From positions 40,658-104,657 of the forward strand of contig CAMYMV010000009.1 of NCBI GenBank assembly GCA_947259585.1: a DNA stretch of 64,000 bases, read 5' to 3'. The DNA comes from an uncultured Gemmatimonadales bacterium (lineage in GTDB: Bacteria; Gemmatimonadota; Gemmatimonadetes; Palauibacterales; Palauibacteraceae). Both the position numbers and the translations under genes were made by a program. The notes beneath the pieces are model-generated. The model was not told the DNA's origin. It saw nothing but the letters and a program-made list of their open reading frames with translations, and did not search any database. Positions 10,620 through 19,035 of the stretch are shown one piece after another (position 1 is the first letter of the stretch; each line of letters begins with the position of its first letter).

Positions 10620-10659
10620 GGGCCGGGTGTTCTGTTGAATTCAAATCCACCCGGGCCCA
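10620..10659 (+). other. tRNA 3'-end-like minihelix (T-loop TTCAAAT, CCACC, acceptor CGGGCCC, discriminator A)
   Basis: GGGCCGGGTG...TTCAAATCCACCCGGGCCCA. The acceptor 3' strand can pair with GGGCTCG at 10153 with one G-U pair. It lies on the same strand as the 5' fragment, about 440 bp away. Confidence 0.5.
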
Positions 10660-11022
10660 CTGCTCCACAACCTCATGAGATGCTGTCAGTTACTACCTGC
10701 AGCACCTCTCTCTGGATCTTGCCTTTTGGGCCCGTACTGTCGATTCAGCCACCGGTCCGAACCAGCTCGAAGGGCGCGCCTCCGCTCCAGGGCAGCTCGC
10801 ATCGTCTCCTGCTCCCAAGCCCGAGAAGCCGTCCGGCCCGGTGTACGCGCGTGCAGCGCGCCGCGCCGAAGTCCGTCGCTCGCAGGCTCCGGGCCCGATC
10901 CCTAGCTTCATGGGCCGGGACTCGGCCCGGACCGCTCCGGAGGCGCGGCGATCCGACGACCCTTCGGACCCCGCGGACGCCGGAGCGGCCGTTCAACCGT
11001 CCATCGGGAGGGCACTGCCGTT

Positions 11023-13752
11023 ATGAACGACCTGCCGGACTTCCAGCGCCGCAAGGGCGCGTCGGACAAGATCGACCTCGGCTCGGTCGACGTCGACCGG
11101 ATCCGCCGGCTGATGCGCTGGGGGCTCTGGGTACTGGGGCTGATCCTGGTGTGGGCGGGGCTGAGCTGGTCGCGGGGGTTCTACACCGACTGGCTCTGGT
11201 TCCGCGAGCTCGGGTACGAGGCGGTGCTGGTCGAGATCGTGACGACCCGGGTCGTCCTCTTCGCGCTGGCGGTCGTCCTCTTCCTGGGCATGGGGTTCCT
11301 CGGCCTGCGTGCCGTGGCCCGCTCCAGCGACCGGCCGCCGCTGCCTGACGCGCCGCTCGAGGCGCTGGACTACCACTTCCTCCACAAGTTTCTGGTCCGG
11401 GGCGCGGCCGCGGTCGTTCTCCTGGCCGCGGTCCTCCTGGGCCTGCACGCCGCGTCGGAGTGGGAAACGGTGCTGCTCGCCCTGAACGCGGTCCCGTTCG
11501 GCGAGTCGGACCCGATCTTCGGCCGGGACTTCTCCTTTTACATCTTCACGCTTCCGGCCCTGCGCCTGGCGCACGGCTGGCTCCTGGCCGCGGTCGTGGG
11601 CCTCGGGCTGATCCTCGTCGGCTTCCACTACGTGACGGGCAACCTTCGGGGCGATGCGGCGTGGCTCGGGGCCGGGGCGCGGAAGCGGCTGGCGGCCCTG
11701 GGCGCGGCGATCTTCCTGCTCATCGCGGTCGGACACTGGCTGGGGCGCTACGAGCTGCTGTTTTCGCCCACCGGGACGGTGTTCGGCGTCGGCTACACCG
11801 ACGAGCACGTGCACCTGCCGGGCCGCACGCTGCTGGCCGTTGTCGCGGCGGCGACCGCCGGGTTCGTGTTCGTCGGCGGCGTCTTCTCCCGCGGGCGTCG
11901 GTGGATCTTGTGGCCCGTTGTCGGCTGGTCCGCCGTGTGGATCCTGGTGGGGATCGCTGCGCCTGCGGCGGTCCAGCGGCTGCGCGTGGAGCCGGGCGAG
12001 CTGGCGCTGGAGCGGGAGTACCTGGCCAGCAACATCGAGTTCACGCGCCGGGCCTTCGGGCTCGAAGGCCTGGCGTCGCGCGACCATCCGGCCCGCGGCG
12101 CGATCGAGGGGGAGACGGTCGCCGGCAACCGCGGGACGATCCGGAACATCCGGCTCTGGGACGAGGGCCCGCTGCTCCAGAGCTACAACCAGATCCAGTT
12201 CTTCCGCCTCTACTACGACTTCCTGGCCGTGCACACCGACCGCTACACGGTGGACGGCGAGCTGCGCCAGGTGATGCTCGCCACGCGCGAGTTGTCGGCC
12301 GAAAAGCTCCCATCCGAGGCGCAGCGCTGGGTGAACCGGCGCCTCCAGTTCACCCACGGCTACGGCGTGGCGATGAGCCCCGTGACCGAGGTCCAGGCCG
12401 GCGGGCGACCCGCCTTCCTGATCCGCGACGTCCCGCCGGTCGGCCGGATCCCGCTCGAGCGTCCCGAGATCTACTACGGCCTCCGGAGCCTGGACTTCGT
12501 GATCGCGCGCACGGGGATGCAGGAGTTCAACTACCCGGGGCCGGACGGACCCGAGTACATCCGCTACGAGGGGGGCGGCGGCGTGCGGGTGAGCTCGCTC
12601 TTCCGGCGGCTGCTGTACGCCTGGCAGTTCGGCGACCTGAACATACTGATCACCGGCGAGGTGGGGCCGGAGAGCCGCATCCAGTACCGCCGGACGGTGG
12701 CCGAGCGCGTGGGCGCGATCGCCCCGTTCCTGATGCGGGACCGCGAGGCGTACGCGGTGGTCGGCGACGGCCGGGTGTCCTGGATCCAGGACGCCTACAC
12801 GGTCACGCACCGCTACCCCTACGCGACGAGGTGGGACCACCGGTTCAACTACATCCGGAACAGCGTGAAGGCGGTGGTGGACGCCTACGACGGGAGCGTG
12901 GACTTCTACGTCTTCGATCCCGACGACCCGCTTGTCCGCACCTACCGGGCCATCTTCCCCGGGCTCTTCAAGCCGCGGGAGGCGATGCCGGAGCACCTGC
13001 GCGCGCACGTCCGGGTACCCCTGGACCTGTTCACCGTGCAGACGCAGATGCTGCTCCAGTACCACATGCGGGACCCGGTCGTCTTCTACAACAAGGAGGA
13101 CCAGTGGGACGTGCCGGTCCAGACCTCCTTCGGCAGCTCGGCACCCCTCCGGCCCTACTACATCGTGGCCCGGCTGCCGGGCGAGGAGGCCGAAGAGTTC
13201 CTGCTGATCCAGCCGTTCACGCCCGACAACCGGCATAACCTGGTGGGGTGGATGGCGGCCCGGAACGATGGTGAGCACTACGGCGAGCGGATCCTGTTCC
13301 GGTTCCCGACGGGGCGGCACGTGGACGGCCCCAACCAGATCGAGGCGCGAATCGACAACGACGCGGTGATCTCCGAGCAGTTCACGCTGTGGGGTCAGGT
13401 GGGCTCGGAGGTGATGCGGGGGATCCTGCTGGTCATCCCGATGGGGGACGCCATCCTCTACGCCGAGCCGGTCTTCTTGAAGCCGGAGACCCTGGAGTTC
13501 CCGGAGCTCCGCCGCATCATCCTGGCCGACGCCCGTCAGGTGGTCATGCACCAGACGCTCGACGCCTCCGTCGCCGCGCTGATCGGGGAGCTACCCGCGG
13601 TCGCGCCGGTCGCCGAGGCCGCCGTGCCGGGGCCGGAGGCGGCCGCAGCCCGGGCGGACCCGGAGCTCGTGGACCGGGTCCGCGAGGAGCTCCGCGCGAC
13701 GATCGAGAGGCTCCAGGAGCTGCTGGACCGGCTGGAGGGAGGCGGCGGGTGA
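11023..13752 (+). CDS. UPF0182-family large membrane protein
   Basis: 909 aa. The N-terminal part has multiple TM helices, followed by a large soluble region. Typical family blocks are present (WLWFRELGY, RLWDEGPLLQSYNQIQ, FTHGYGVAMSPV, YAEPVFL). Confidence 0.88.
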   Translation: MNDLPDFQRRKGASDKIDLGSVDVDRIRRLMRWGLWVLGLILVWAGLSWSRGFYTDWLWFRELGYEAVLVEIVTTRVVLFALAVVLFLGMGFLGLRAVARSSDRPPLPDAPLEALDYHFLHKFLVRGAAAVVLLAAVLLGLHAASEWETVLLALNAVPFGESDPIFGRDFSFYIFTLPALRLAHGWLLAAVVGLGLILVGFHYVTGNLRGDAAWLGAGARKRLAALGAAIFLLIAVGHWLGRYELLFSPTGTVFGVGYTDEHVHLPGRTLLAVVAAATAGFVFVGGVFSRGRRWILWPVVGWSAVWILVGIAAPAAVQRLRVEPGELALEREYLASNIEFTRRAFGLEGLASRDHPARGAIEGETVAGNRGTIRNIRLWDEGPLLQSYNQIQFFRLYYDFLAVHTDRYTVDGELRQVMLATRELSAEKLPSEAQRWVNRRLQFTHGYGVAMSPVTEVQAGGRPAFLIRDVPPVGRIPLERPEIYYGLRSLDFVIARTGMQEFNYPGPDGPEYIRYEGGGGVRVSSLFRRLLYAWQFGDLNILITGEVGPESRIQYRRTVAERVGAIAPFLMRDREAYAVVGDGRVSWIQDAYTVTHRYPYATRWDHRFNYIRNSVKAVVDAYDGSVDFYVFDPDDPLVRTYRAIFPGLFKPREAMPEHLRAHVRVPLDLFTVQTQMLLQYHMRDPVVFYNKEDQWDVPVQTSFGSSAPLRPYYIVARLPGEEAEEFLLIQPFTPDNRHNLVGWMAARNDGEHYGERILFRFPTGRHVDGPNQIEARIDNDAVISEQFTLWGQVGSEVMRGILLVIPMGDAILYAEPVFLKPETLEFPELRRIILADARQVVMHQTLDASVAALIGELPAVAPVAEAAVPGPEAAAARADPELVDRVREELRATIERLQELLDRLEGGGG

Positions 13753-13755
13753 GGT

Positions 13756-13894
13756 GCCTGATAAGCGAGCCAGAGGTCCGCCCATTTCCGGCTATAGCCC
13801 GTAGTTTCGCGGCTTCTTGCGGATCAGCCTCGGAAGCCGAAATGCTGTTTTCGGGGTTTTCCCGGATCTGAACAGCCCCAGCAACAGCCCCAGC
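13756..13894 (+). repeat. 139-bp direct repeat, copy B
   Basis: See copy A. It begins 4 nt after the UPF0182 stop codon. Confidence 0.85.
13828..13860 (+). terminator. Intrinsic-terminator-like hairpin inside repeat copy B
   Basis: CCTCGGAA-N13-TTTCGGGG followed by TTTT, about 76 nt after the UPF0182 stop. Differences from copy A keep the pairing intact through G-U wobbles. Confidence 0.55.
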
Positions 13895-14034
13895 TCGACA
13901 CGGGCTACTAGGAAGAAGTCGCGCTTACGTAGCCCCCCAGCTCAAGCCTGCTCGCCGGGAATCGATCCTCGGGCATACCTCGCTGAATCGGTCCGTCACC
14001 ACCTGCTTGCAAAACATATGGCCTAGGGCCCGAT

Positions 14035-14116
14035 TTCCGCACCATATGCGTACTTCTGCGGAATAGTCCGCATAAGGTGCGGACCTCGTTCAGCGTTTCC
14101 GCACCTGGTACGGACC
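14035..14116. repeat. Cluster of (T/G)TCCGCA / TGCGGA(A/C) heptamers
   Basis: TTCCGCA 14035-41, TGCGGAA 14057-63, GTCCGCA 14066-72, TGCGGAC 14078-84, TTCCGCA 14097-103. The middle pair forms a perfect 7-bp hairpin with a 5-nt loop. Confidence 0.6.
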
Positions 14117-14158
14117 GAACCTGGAGAGGAAACATGGAGAGGGGGGCGGTGCGAGAAA

Positions 14159-14623
14159 CTAGGGAGTTACGATCCCATCCGGTGAGACACTGAACGCCAA
14201 CCCAGGCTCGATTCCGGTGCCCGGAGTGTCGACGACGCGGGTCAGCGTGACTCCATTAGCCATTACTCCCTGCGTCGAGGCACCGGTCGGGTTCTGAGCG
14301 CACACGTTCGGATCGGAGATGCGTATCCTCTGCTCGTTGGCGGTGGGAACGTTTTGGAAGGTGATCTCCCAGCGATTCGCGCCTTCGATCTGCATGTTGA
14401 ATCGGGTGAAGTTGCTCCAGCCGGGATGAATGTGCGTTTGGCCCACTCCCTGAACGCAGTTTGAGAATTGCTGAGCAACGGCTGGGTCAATCTCCGTAGC
14501 AGCCACGTAGACGAACTGCACCGTTGCCAGGCTCGGCACGGCGGGTCCGGCAGGCTCGTCACTCCCGCACGCCGCCAGTAGGAGCATCGTCCCCAGCAAG
14601 ACCCGCCTCTTGAGTAATCTCAT
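14159..14623 (-). CDS. Lipoprotein, unknown function
   Basis: MRLLKRRVLLGTMLLLAACGS lipobox. I chose the start at the internal Met (14623) rather than 14650. Confidence 0.65.
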   Translation of the reverse strand: MRLLKRRVLLGTMLLLAACGSDEPAGPAVPSLATVQFVYVAATEIDPAVAQQFSNCVQGVGQTHIHPGWSNFTRFNMQIEGANRWEITFQNVPTANEQRIRISDPNVCAQNPTGASTQGVMANGVTLTRVVDTPGTGIEPGLAFSVSPDGIVTP

Positions 14624-14827
14624 CGCATCTGAACAACGTCTCAGTCGCAACTAACCCGCACGACTGAGCCCGACGAGACTTCATTCCGAGTTCTCGGGCA
14701 TTCGAACCAGCAGGCTAGCACCTAGCATGCGGGCTAGGGGAACTCTGCGTATGAAGCCTATTGTTGCCGCATGACGCTCTCTCTTCCCAACCTTATCCTG
14801 CTAGCCGGGTCGGACCGGATCTGACCG

Positions 14828-15472
14828 TCACATTGACCCAATAGCTAGGTAGGAAAACCCCCAGTACAGCTCCTGCATGGCAAATCCTTCCGCGTATATG
14901 CCTAACGATTCCCATGGGTGTCGGTTGGCGAGATCAAGCGTGACGCCGAATGGCTGCATCGTCAGCACCGCGAAACGGACCAGCCACATCGGTGCGCGGT
15001 CGGGCATCTTGAAGTCGAGGATGACGAATCGGCCGCCCGGTGCCAGGACGACCACACCGCGCCGGATCACATCGTCGAACTCGGGCACGAGGGTGAGCGC
15101 GAATGTTGACAGGACACCGTTGACTTGGTCAGGGAAGACGTACGCGGCCGCGTCGGTCCGAACGAGCTCGACGTTGGCCCACCCTTTCCGGCGAACCCGT
15201 TCTTTTGCCTCAGCGAGCATCGCGTCGGTCATGTCAACGCCGATGACGCGGCCCGTTGGCCCCACAGCGCGCTGCAGCAGCTTGAAGTTTAGGCCAGTGC
15301 CGCAGCCGATCTCGACCACGGTGTCGCCTGGCTGAAGCCCCAATGAATCTATGGCGCGTTTGCGATAGGCCTGCTCCCTGAAGCCGATCAGGTAGTACAG
15401 ATTGGCGGTAAGGTCGTACCGCTCCGCCCTTCGGCGGTACAGGTCCACGATCTCCTTTGCAGTCAGTGCCAT
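14828..15472 (-). CDS. Class I SAM-dependent methyltransferase
   Basis: VVEIGCGTGLNF is motif I, followed by VIGVDMTDAML and LAPGGRFVILDF. The start is set at MALTAKE (15472), just after the upstream stop at 15477. Confidence 0.85.
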   Translation of the reverse strand: MALTAKEIVDLYRRRAERYDLTANLYYLIGFREQAYRKRAIDSLGLQPGDTVVEIGCGTGLNFKLLQRAVGPTGRVIGVDMTDAMLAEAKERVRRKGWANVELVRTDAAAYVFPDQVNGVLSTFALTLVPEFDDVIRRGVVVLAPGGRFVILDFKMPDRAPMWLVRFAVLTMQPFGVTLDLANRHPWESLGIYAEGFAMQELYWGFSYLAIGSM

Positions 15473-15476
15473 TTGT

Positions 15477-15743
15477 CTACGGAGTCGCCTGTCCCCAGCG
15501 CCGCCAGAGCACGTTGTAGATCGGAGTGAAGATGAGCCCTGTGTAGACGCCGTACAGGAATGACTCCACGAGTCCGATGACAAAGCCGAGGGGCGTCAGC
15601 CAGCGGAAGCCCGGTAGGGTCTCCTCCAGGAAACCCGTCATGTGGAGCGACTCCGGCACGACCAAACCATAGAGCACGCAGACCACGAAGGTGACGGCCC
15701 CGAACAGACCGAGCGACCAGGTAACGATCTTAATGTTGAGCAT
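15477..15743 (-). CDS. Small two-TM membrane protein (DUF5676-like; assignment uncertain)
   Basis: MLNIKIVTWSLGLFGAVTFVVCVLYGLVV...; the ATG at 15743 is preceded by GAGGAG. The longer track ORF (to 15923) overlaps the next gene. Confidence 0.65.
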   Translation of the reverse strand: MLNIKIVTWSLGLFGAVTFVVCVLYGLVVPESLHMTGFLEETLPGFRWLTPLGFVIGLVESFLYGVYTGLIFTPIYNVLWRRWGQATP

Positions 15744-15771
15744 CGATTCACTCCTCTCATGTTTCGGGTGA

Positions 15772-15936
15772 TCACTCCCGGCCCGTTTCCGCGCCTCCAC
15801 TCCCGGGGTGCCCTCCGTGACCACCGTGTCCATGGCCACCGCCGCCGTGACAGCCATGCCCATGGCCCCCCACGTGCATCCAGACGAAGAGCACGAGGAT
15901 CGCGACCCAAAACCAGTTCTCACGCAGCCAGTCCAT
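15772..15936 (-). CDS. DUF2933-like small membrane protein with His/Gly-rich tail (54 aa; below the ORF-track cutoff)
   Basis: Own translation gives MDWLRENWFWVAILVLFVWMHVGGHGHGCHGGGGHGHGGHGGHPGSGGAETGRE. The ATG at 15936 is preceded by GGAGGGAG. Confidence 0.7.
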   Translation of the reverse strand: MDWLRENWFWVAILVLFVWMHVGGHGHGCHGGGGHGHGGHGGHPGSGGAETGRE

Positions 15937-15955
15937 CGCCATCTCCCTCCGTCAT

Positions 15956-16618
15956 CTAGGATCGAGCACGCAGCGTCGCTGGCCTGCTACGCTCGCTGCG
16001 CCGAGGTACGAATGCCGGAACGCGCTTGGCGTAGGCCTCGTATGCTCCGCCGAAGAGGTCGATCATCTCCTGTTCTTCCCGCATCGCCAGGCGGTAGTAC
16101 GCCCACGTCAACAGGGGCCACATGGTCAGCGTGAGCGCCGTCGGCCATTGCACGAGCATGCCCACAGTGATGAGAAAGAGGCCTGAGTACTGCGGGTGGC
16201 GCACCCGGGCGTACGTTCCATCCGTTACGAGTTCACCCCTCGAGGCGTGGATCTGCTGCCAGGCCCTCCACATGATCCACAGACCAGTGAGCATCAGGAA
16301 CGCGCCGACCTGACAGATGACAAGGGTAGCCCAGACGGGGAGGCCGAAGAGAGTGGCGAGTAGGTGTCCCTCCAAGTGGCCATACGGGCTACCGGTGGGC
16401 AAACCGATGCCCAGGACGCCGCTGAGCAGGTAGATGGTGAGCGGGAAGCCATACATTTCGGCGAACAGAGCCACGATGAACGCCGAGAACACGCCCAACG
16501 ACCGCCACTCCGCCGTTCGCTGGGGGCGCAGCAGCCCGATGGCGAACACGCCGAAGAACAGTACGTTGAGGATGACCATCCCCCACAGTCCGTAGTCGTA
16601 AGAGCCTCCTCCGGGCAT
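15956..16618 (-). CDS. Isoprenylcysteine carboxyl methyltransferase (ICMT) family membrane protein, CzcN/NccN-like
   Basis: LVTDGTYARVRHPQYSGLFLITVGMLVQWPT...AMREEQEMIDLFGGAYEAYAKRVPAFVP is the ICMT/PEMT signature region. Confidence 0.85.
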   Translation of the reverse strand: MPGGGSYDYGLWGMVILNVLFFGVFAIGLLRPQRTAEWRSLGVFSAFIVALFAEMYGFPLTIYLLSGVLGIGLPTGSPYGHLEGHLLATLFGLPVWATLVICQVGAFLMLTGLWIMWRAWQQIHASRGELVTDGTYARVRHPQYSGLFLITVGMLVQWPTALTLTMWPLLTWAYYRLAMREEQEMIDLFGGAYEAYAKRVPAFVPRRSERSRPATLRARS

Positions 16619-16687
16619 CGCGTCTCCCTCCAGCTGTCGCTTCTGATCCTCACCGGTTGACCGACCGGCAGCCGATCGTCGCGTTTC

Positions 16688-16743
16688 AATCTCGGAGGAG
16701 GCGCGTAAAGCGACCGTGAAGACAGCGTGAAGGTTTGTTTAGT
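16688..16743 (-). promoter_or_regulatory. Island operator/promoter site J (drives 16618->14828 operon)
   Basis: Minus strand reads CTAAAC-N4-CTTCAC-N5-CTTCAC-N5-CTTTAC-N11-GAGATT. Confidence 0.6.
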
Positions 16744-16804
16744 GAGGTAGCGGGGTCTGTTGCGAGCATGCTGATCTGCAGTAGGCAGCTGGATATAGGA
16801 TCTG

Positions 16805-16859
16805 GTTAAGGTTTCTTCACCCAGCTTTTAGCAAGCCTTCACGGGCAAGGGCGTACGAT
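16805..16859 (+). promoter_or_regulatory. Island operator/promoter site A (Rieske gene)
   Basis: GTTAAG-N4-CTTCAC-N5-TTTTAG-N5-CTTCAC-N11-TACGAT. Confidence 0.65.
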
Positions 16860-16937
16860 CCGATGCAAGGCTCCGGACCTAGCTGGGCCAGTGTGCCGCT
16901 CGGTCGTCGTCACCCTCTCTCAAGGAAGTCTTGAAAG

Positions 16938-17432
16938 TTGGCTGGAATGCCTACCGACAGATTGGGCAGGGACCAGAAAGGATCCCGCCGGAGGACCTCG
17001 AACCCAGGGCGGAGGAGGTTCATCAACTGGCTGCTCGGCACGAGCGCCGGTGGGCTCATGCTGGCTGTGCTCTATCCGGTCGTTCGGTACGTGATCCCTC
17101 CGGCCTCCGCAGAATCCGCAGCCCGTTCAGTCGCTCTCGACCTCGCAGCTGACGAGATTGAGCCGAACACTGGACAGATCTTCCGGTTCGGTACCGCCCC
17201 TGGCATCCTCGTCCGAACGCCGGCTGGGGAGCTGCGTGCGTTCTCAGCGGTCTGCACGCACCTCGCGTGCACCGTCCAGTATAGACCTGACCTGAGCCAC
17301 ATCTGGTGCGCCTGCCACAACGGCCATTTCGATCTGAACGGAATCAACATCGCTGGCCCGCACCCACGCCCGTTGGACTCGTACAGCGTCAAGGTCGGAG
17401 ACAGGCGGATTGTGGTATCGAAGGGGGACTGA
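16938..17432 (+). CDS. Rieske [2Fe-2S] protein with twin-arginine signal
   Basis: RRRFINWLLGTSAGG (Tat-like signal), plus CTHLAC...CACHNGHF (CxH...CxxH Rieske ligands). Confidence 0.88.
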   Translation: MAGMPTDRLGRDQKGSRRRTSNPGRRRFINWLLGTSAGGLMLAVLYPVVRYVIPPASAESAARSVALDLAADEIEPNTGQIFRFGTAPGILVRTPAGELRAFSAVCTHLACTVQYRPDLSHIWCACHNGHFDLNGINIAGPHPRPLDSYSVKVGDRRIVVSKGD

Positions 17433-17497
17433 AGACCGTCGTTCACCGCATCTAGGGCCGTCTCGGCACCACCCATGCTGTCTCCCTGACACACCCT

Positions 17498-17552
17498 CTT
17501 AAGAAACCTTAACGCTGTCTTCAGGCGGACTTAACGAGATTTCGTCTACGCT
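17498..17552 (+). promoter_or_regulatory. Island operator/promoter site B (TonB-DUF411-YHS operon)
   Basis: CTTAAG-N4-CTTAAC-N5-CTTCAG-N5-CTTAAC-N11-TACGCT. Confidence 0.65.
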
Positions 17553-17651
17553 GTCTGAGAAATGGGTGTCCTGATGTTCAGCCGTCCAGGTGACCAATCC
17601 GCAAGTAGCGGCGAATGGGAGCCGCCGGCCGATCGTCGGGAGGAGGTTTGA

Positions 17652-18329
17652 ATGACGACGTCGACCGACAGGGGAGACAGAGATCTCCCCGAAAGCGCCA
17701 ACGATACATTCAAGCGGCAGCAGTCCAACTTGGTGAGCCTGGGCCTGATTGTAGCTGTTGCTGTTCACTTCGCCTTCTTCACGCTGTTTCCGCGTCTGCA
17801 CGCTGCAGATCTGTCGGGTCGCGACGGGGAGATCGAGGCGGTACAGCTCCCGCCGGAAGTTCGGATACCGCCTCCGCCCCAGCAGGTCGCCCGGCCCGCG
17901 ACGCCAAAGGTCGCTGCGGCGGAAGTGAACGAAGACGTGACGATCGCACCCACCACGTTCGATGCGAATCCGGCAGAGAACCTCCCGCCGCCCCCGAGGG
18001 CCGGGACCTCTCCGGACGATCGGCCCACCTTCATTCCCTACGACACGCCGCCCAGGCTGCTTAACCCGGATGAGATCCGGAAGGCGCTGGCGCGCCTCTA
18101 TCCCGACCGGCTCCGTGAGGCAGGGGTCGAAGGCGCGGTGGTTCTCTGGATCTTCATCGACTCGAGGGGAGAGGTGCGGAAGTCGCACGTCCAAAGCGGC
18201 AGCGGCTACGACGCGATGGACAAGGTGGCCCAGGAGATCGTCGGGCGAATGCGGTTTACCCCGGCCAAGAACCGGGATAAGACGACGCCGGTATGGGTCG
18301 CTCAGAGAGTCGCCTTCGAAGTCGGGTGA
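17652..18329 (+). CDS. TonB-family energy transducer (C-terminal TonB domain)
   Basis: N-terminal TM helix, a Pro-rich linker (PPEVRIPPPPQQV), and a TonB_C-like end (AVVLWIFIDSRGEVRKSHVQSGSGYDAMDKVAQEIVGRMRFTPA). Confidence 0.8.
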   Translation: MTTSTDRGDRDLPESANDTFKRQQSNLVSLGLIVAVAVHFAFFTLFPRLHAADLSGRDGEIEAVQLPPEVRIPPPPQQVARPATPKVAAAEVNEDVTIAPTTFDANPAENLPPPPRAGTSPDDRPTFIPYDTPPRLLNPDEIRKALARLYPDRLREAGVEGAVVLWIFIDSRGEVRKSHVQSGSGYDAMDKVAQEIVGRMRFTPAKNRDKTTPVWVAQRVAFEVG

Positions 18330-18370
18330 CTCTCGTGTTGCAGGACGAGAAAACCAACAGGAGTCGTGTG

Positions 18371-18859
18371 ATGAAAAACAGGAACATTGTCGGAATCGGG
18401 ACCGCCCTTGCCATCGCGGCCGTAGTCGGCGCGTTCACATTGCTGTCTTCGGGCCAGAAGATCGCAGCAGGCCCCTCGCTCTCGGAGGAAGGGCCCGAGA
18501 TCCTGGTCTACAAGGGGCCGCAGTGCGGTTGCTGCGACAAGTGGGCCGAGCACCTCGAGGAAGCCGGCTTGAAGGTGACCGTAGAGGAAATCGAGAACCT
18601 TCACCCCATCAAAGCCAAGTACGGCATCAGGCCGGAGCTTTCCTCTTGTCACACGGCGGTCGTCGAGGGCTATGCGATCGAGGGACACGTCCCGGCAGAT
18701 GAGATCCTTCGCCTGCTGGAAGAGCGTCCCGAAGTCGCAGGACTCACGGTACCCGGCATGCCGATCGGCTCTCCGGGGATGGAGGAAGGACCGGCGGAGG
18801 CCTACGAAGTCCTGACGTTCGATTCATCTGGTAATACAGCAGTTTTCGCTAAGCGCTGA
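18371..18859 (+). CDS. DUF411 (CopG-type) periplasmic metal-binding protein
   Basis: YKGPQCGCCDKWAEHL...CHTAVVEGYAIEGHVPADEILRLL...VPGMPIGSPGME. The start is at MKNRN (18371). Confidence 0.88.
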   Translation: MKNRNIVGIGTALAIAAVVGAFTLLSSGQKIAAGPSLSEEGPEILVYKGPQCGCCDKWAEHLEEAGLKVTVEEIENLHPIKAKYGIRPELSSCHTAVVEGYAIEGHVPADEILRLLEERPEVAGLTVPGMPIGSPGMEEGPAEAYEVLTFDSSGNTAVFAKR

Positions 18860-19035
18860 GGATCTGTGGGAGGCGTCGCGTCCAGCTTCTTGAACCGGGC
18901 GCTCCGAGGGCGTCACCCGGTGCGAGCTGGAACGCGTCGCCTCTCCAGCAACCTGGGGCAACCCGGAACCGAAGCGTCGGTGGACAGGAGGAGGTGACTT
19001 CCGTCGCTCAGGTGCCGAAAGGAGGATCAGGAGCC

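Noticed and set aside
10153-10659. Possibility that the split tRNA-Ile is an intron-containing (group I) tRNA gene.
   Set aside because: The break is 3 nt into the 3' anticodon stem, not in the loop. The intervening 440 bp contains an opposite-strand protein remnant and a copy of the 139-bp repeat. The expected 12 nt (rest of the stem, the variable loop and the 5' T-stem) are missing before the T-loop-like sequence.
10993-13551. 852-aa minus-strand ORF antisense to the UPF0182 gene. The same pattern occurs at 4402-6498(+), 848-2023(-), 1039-1863(+), 41072-42517(-), 43257-44522(-), 23484-24134(-), 29132-30043(-), 30950-31864(-) and many others.
   Set aside because: Their composition is dominated by Arg/Pro/Gly/Ala/His with no recognisable motifs. 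Each is fully overlapped by a gene with clear family signatures on the other strand. This is typical of shadow ORFs in high-GC DNA.
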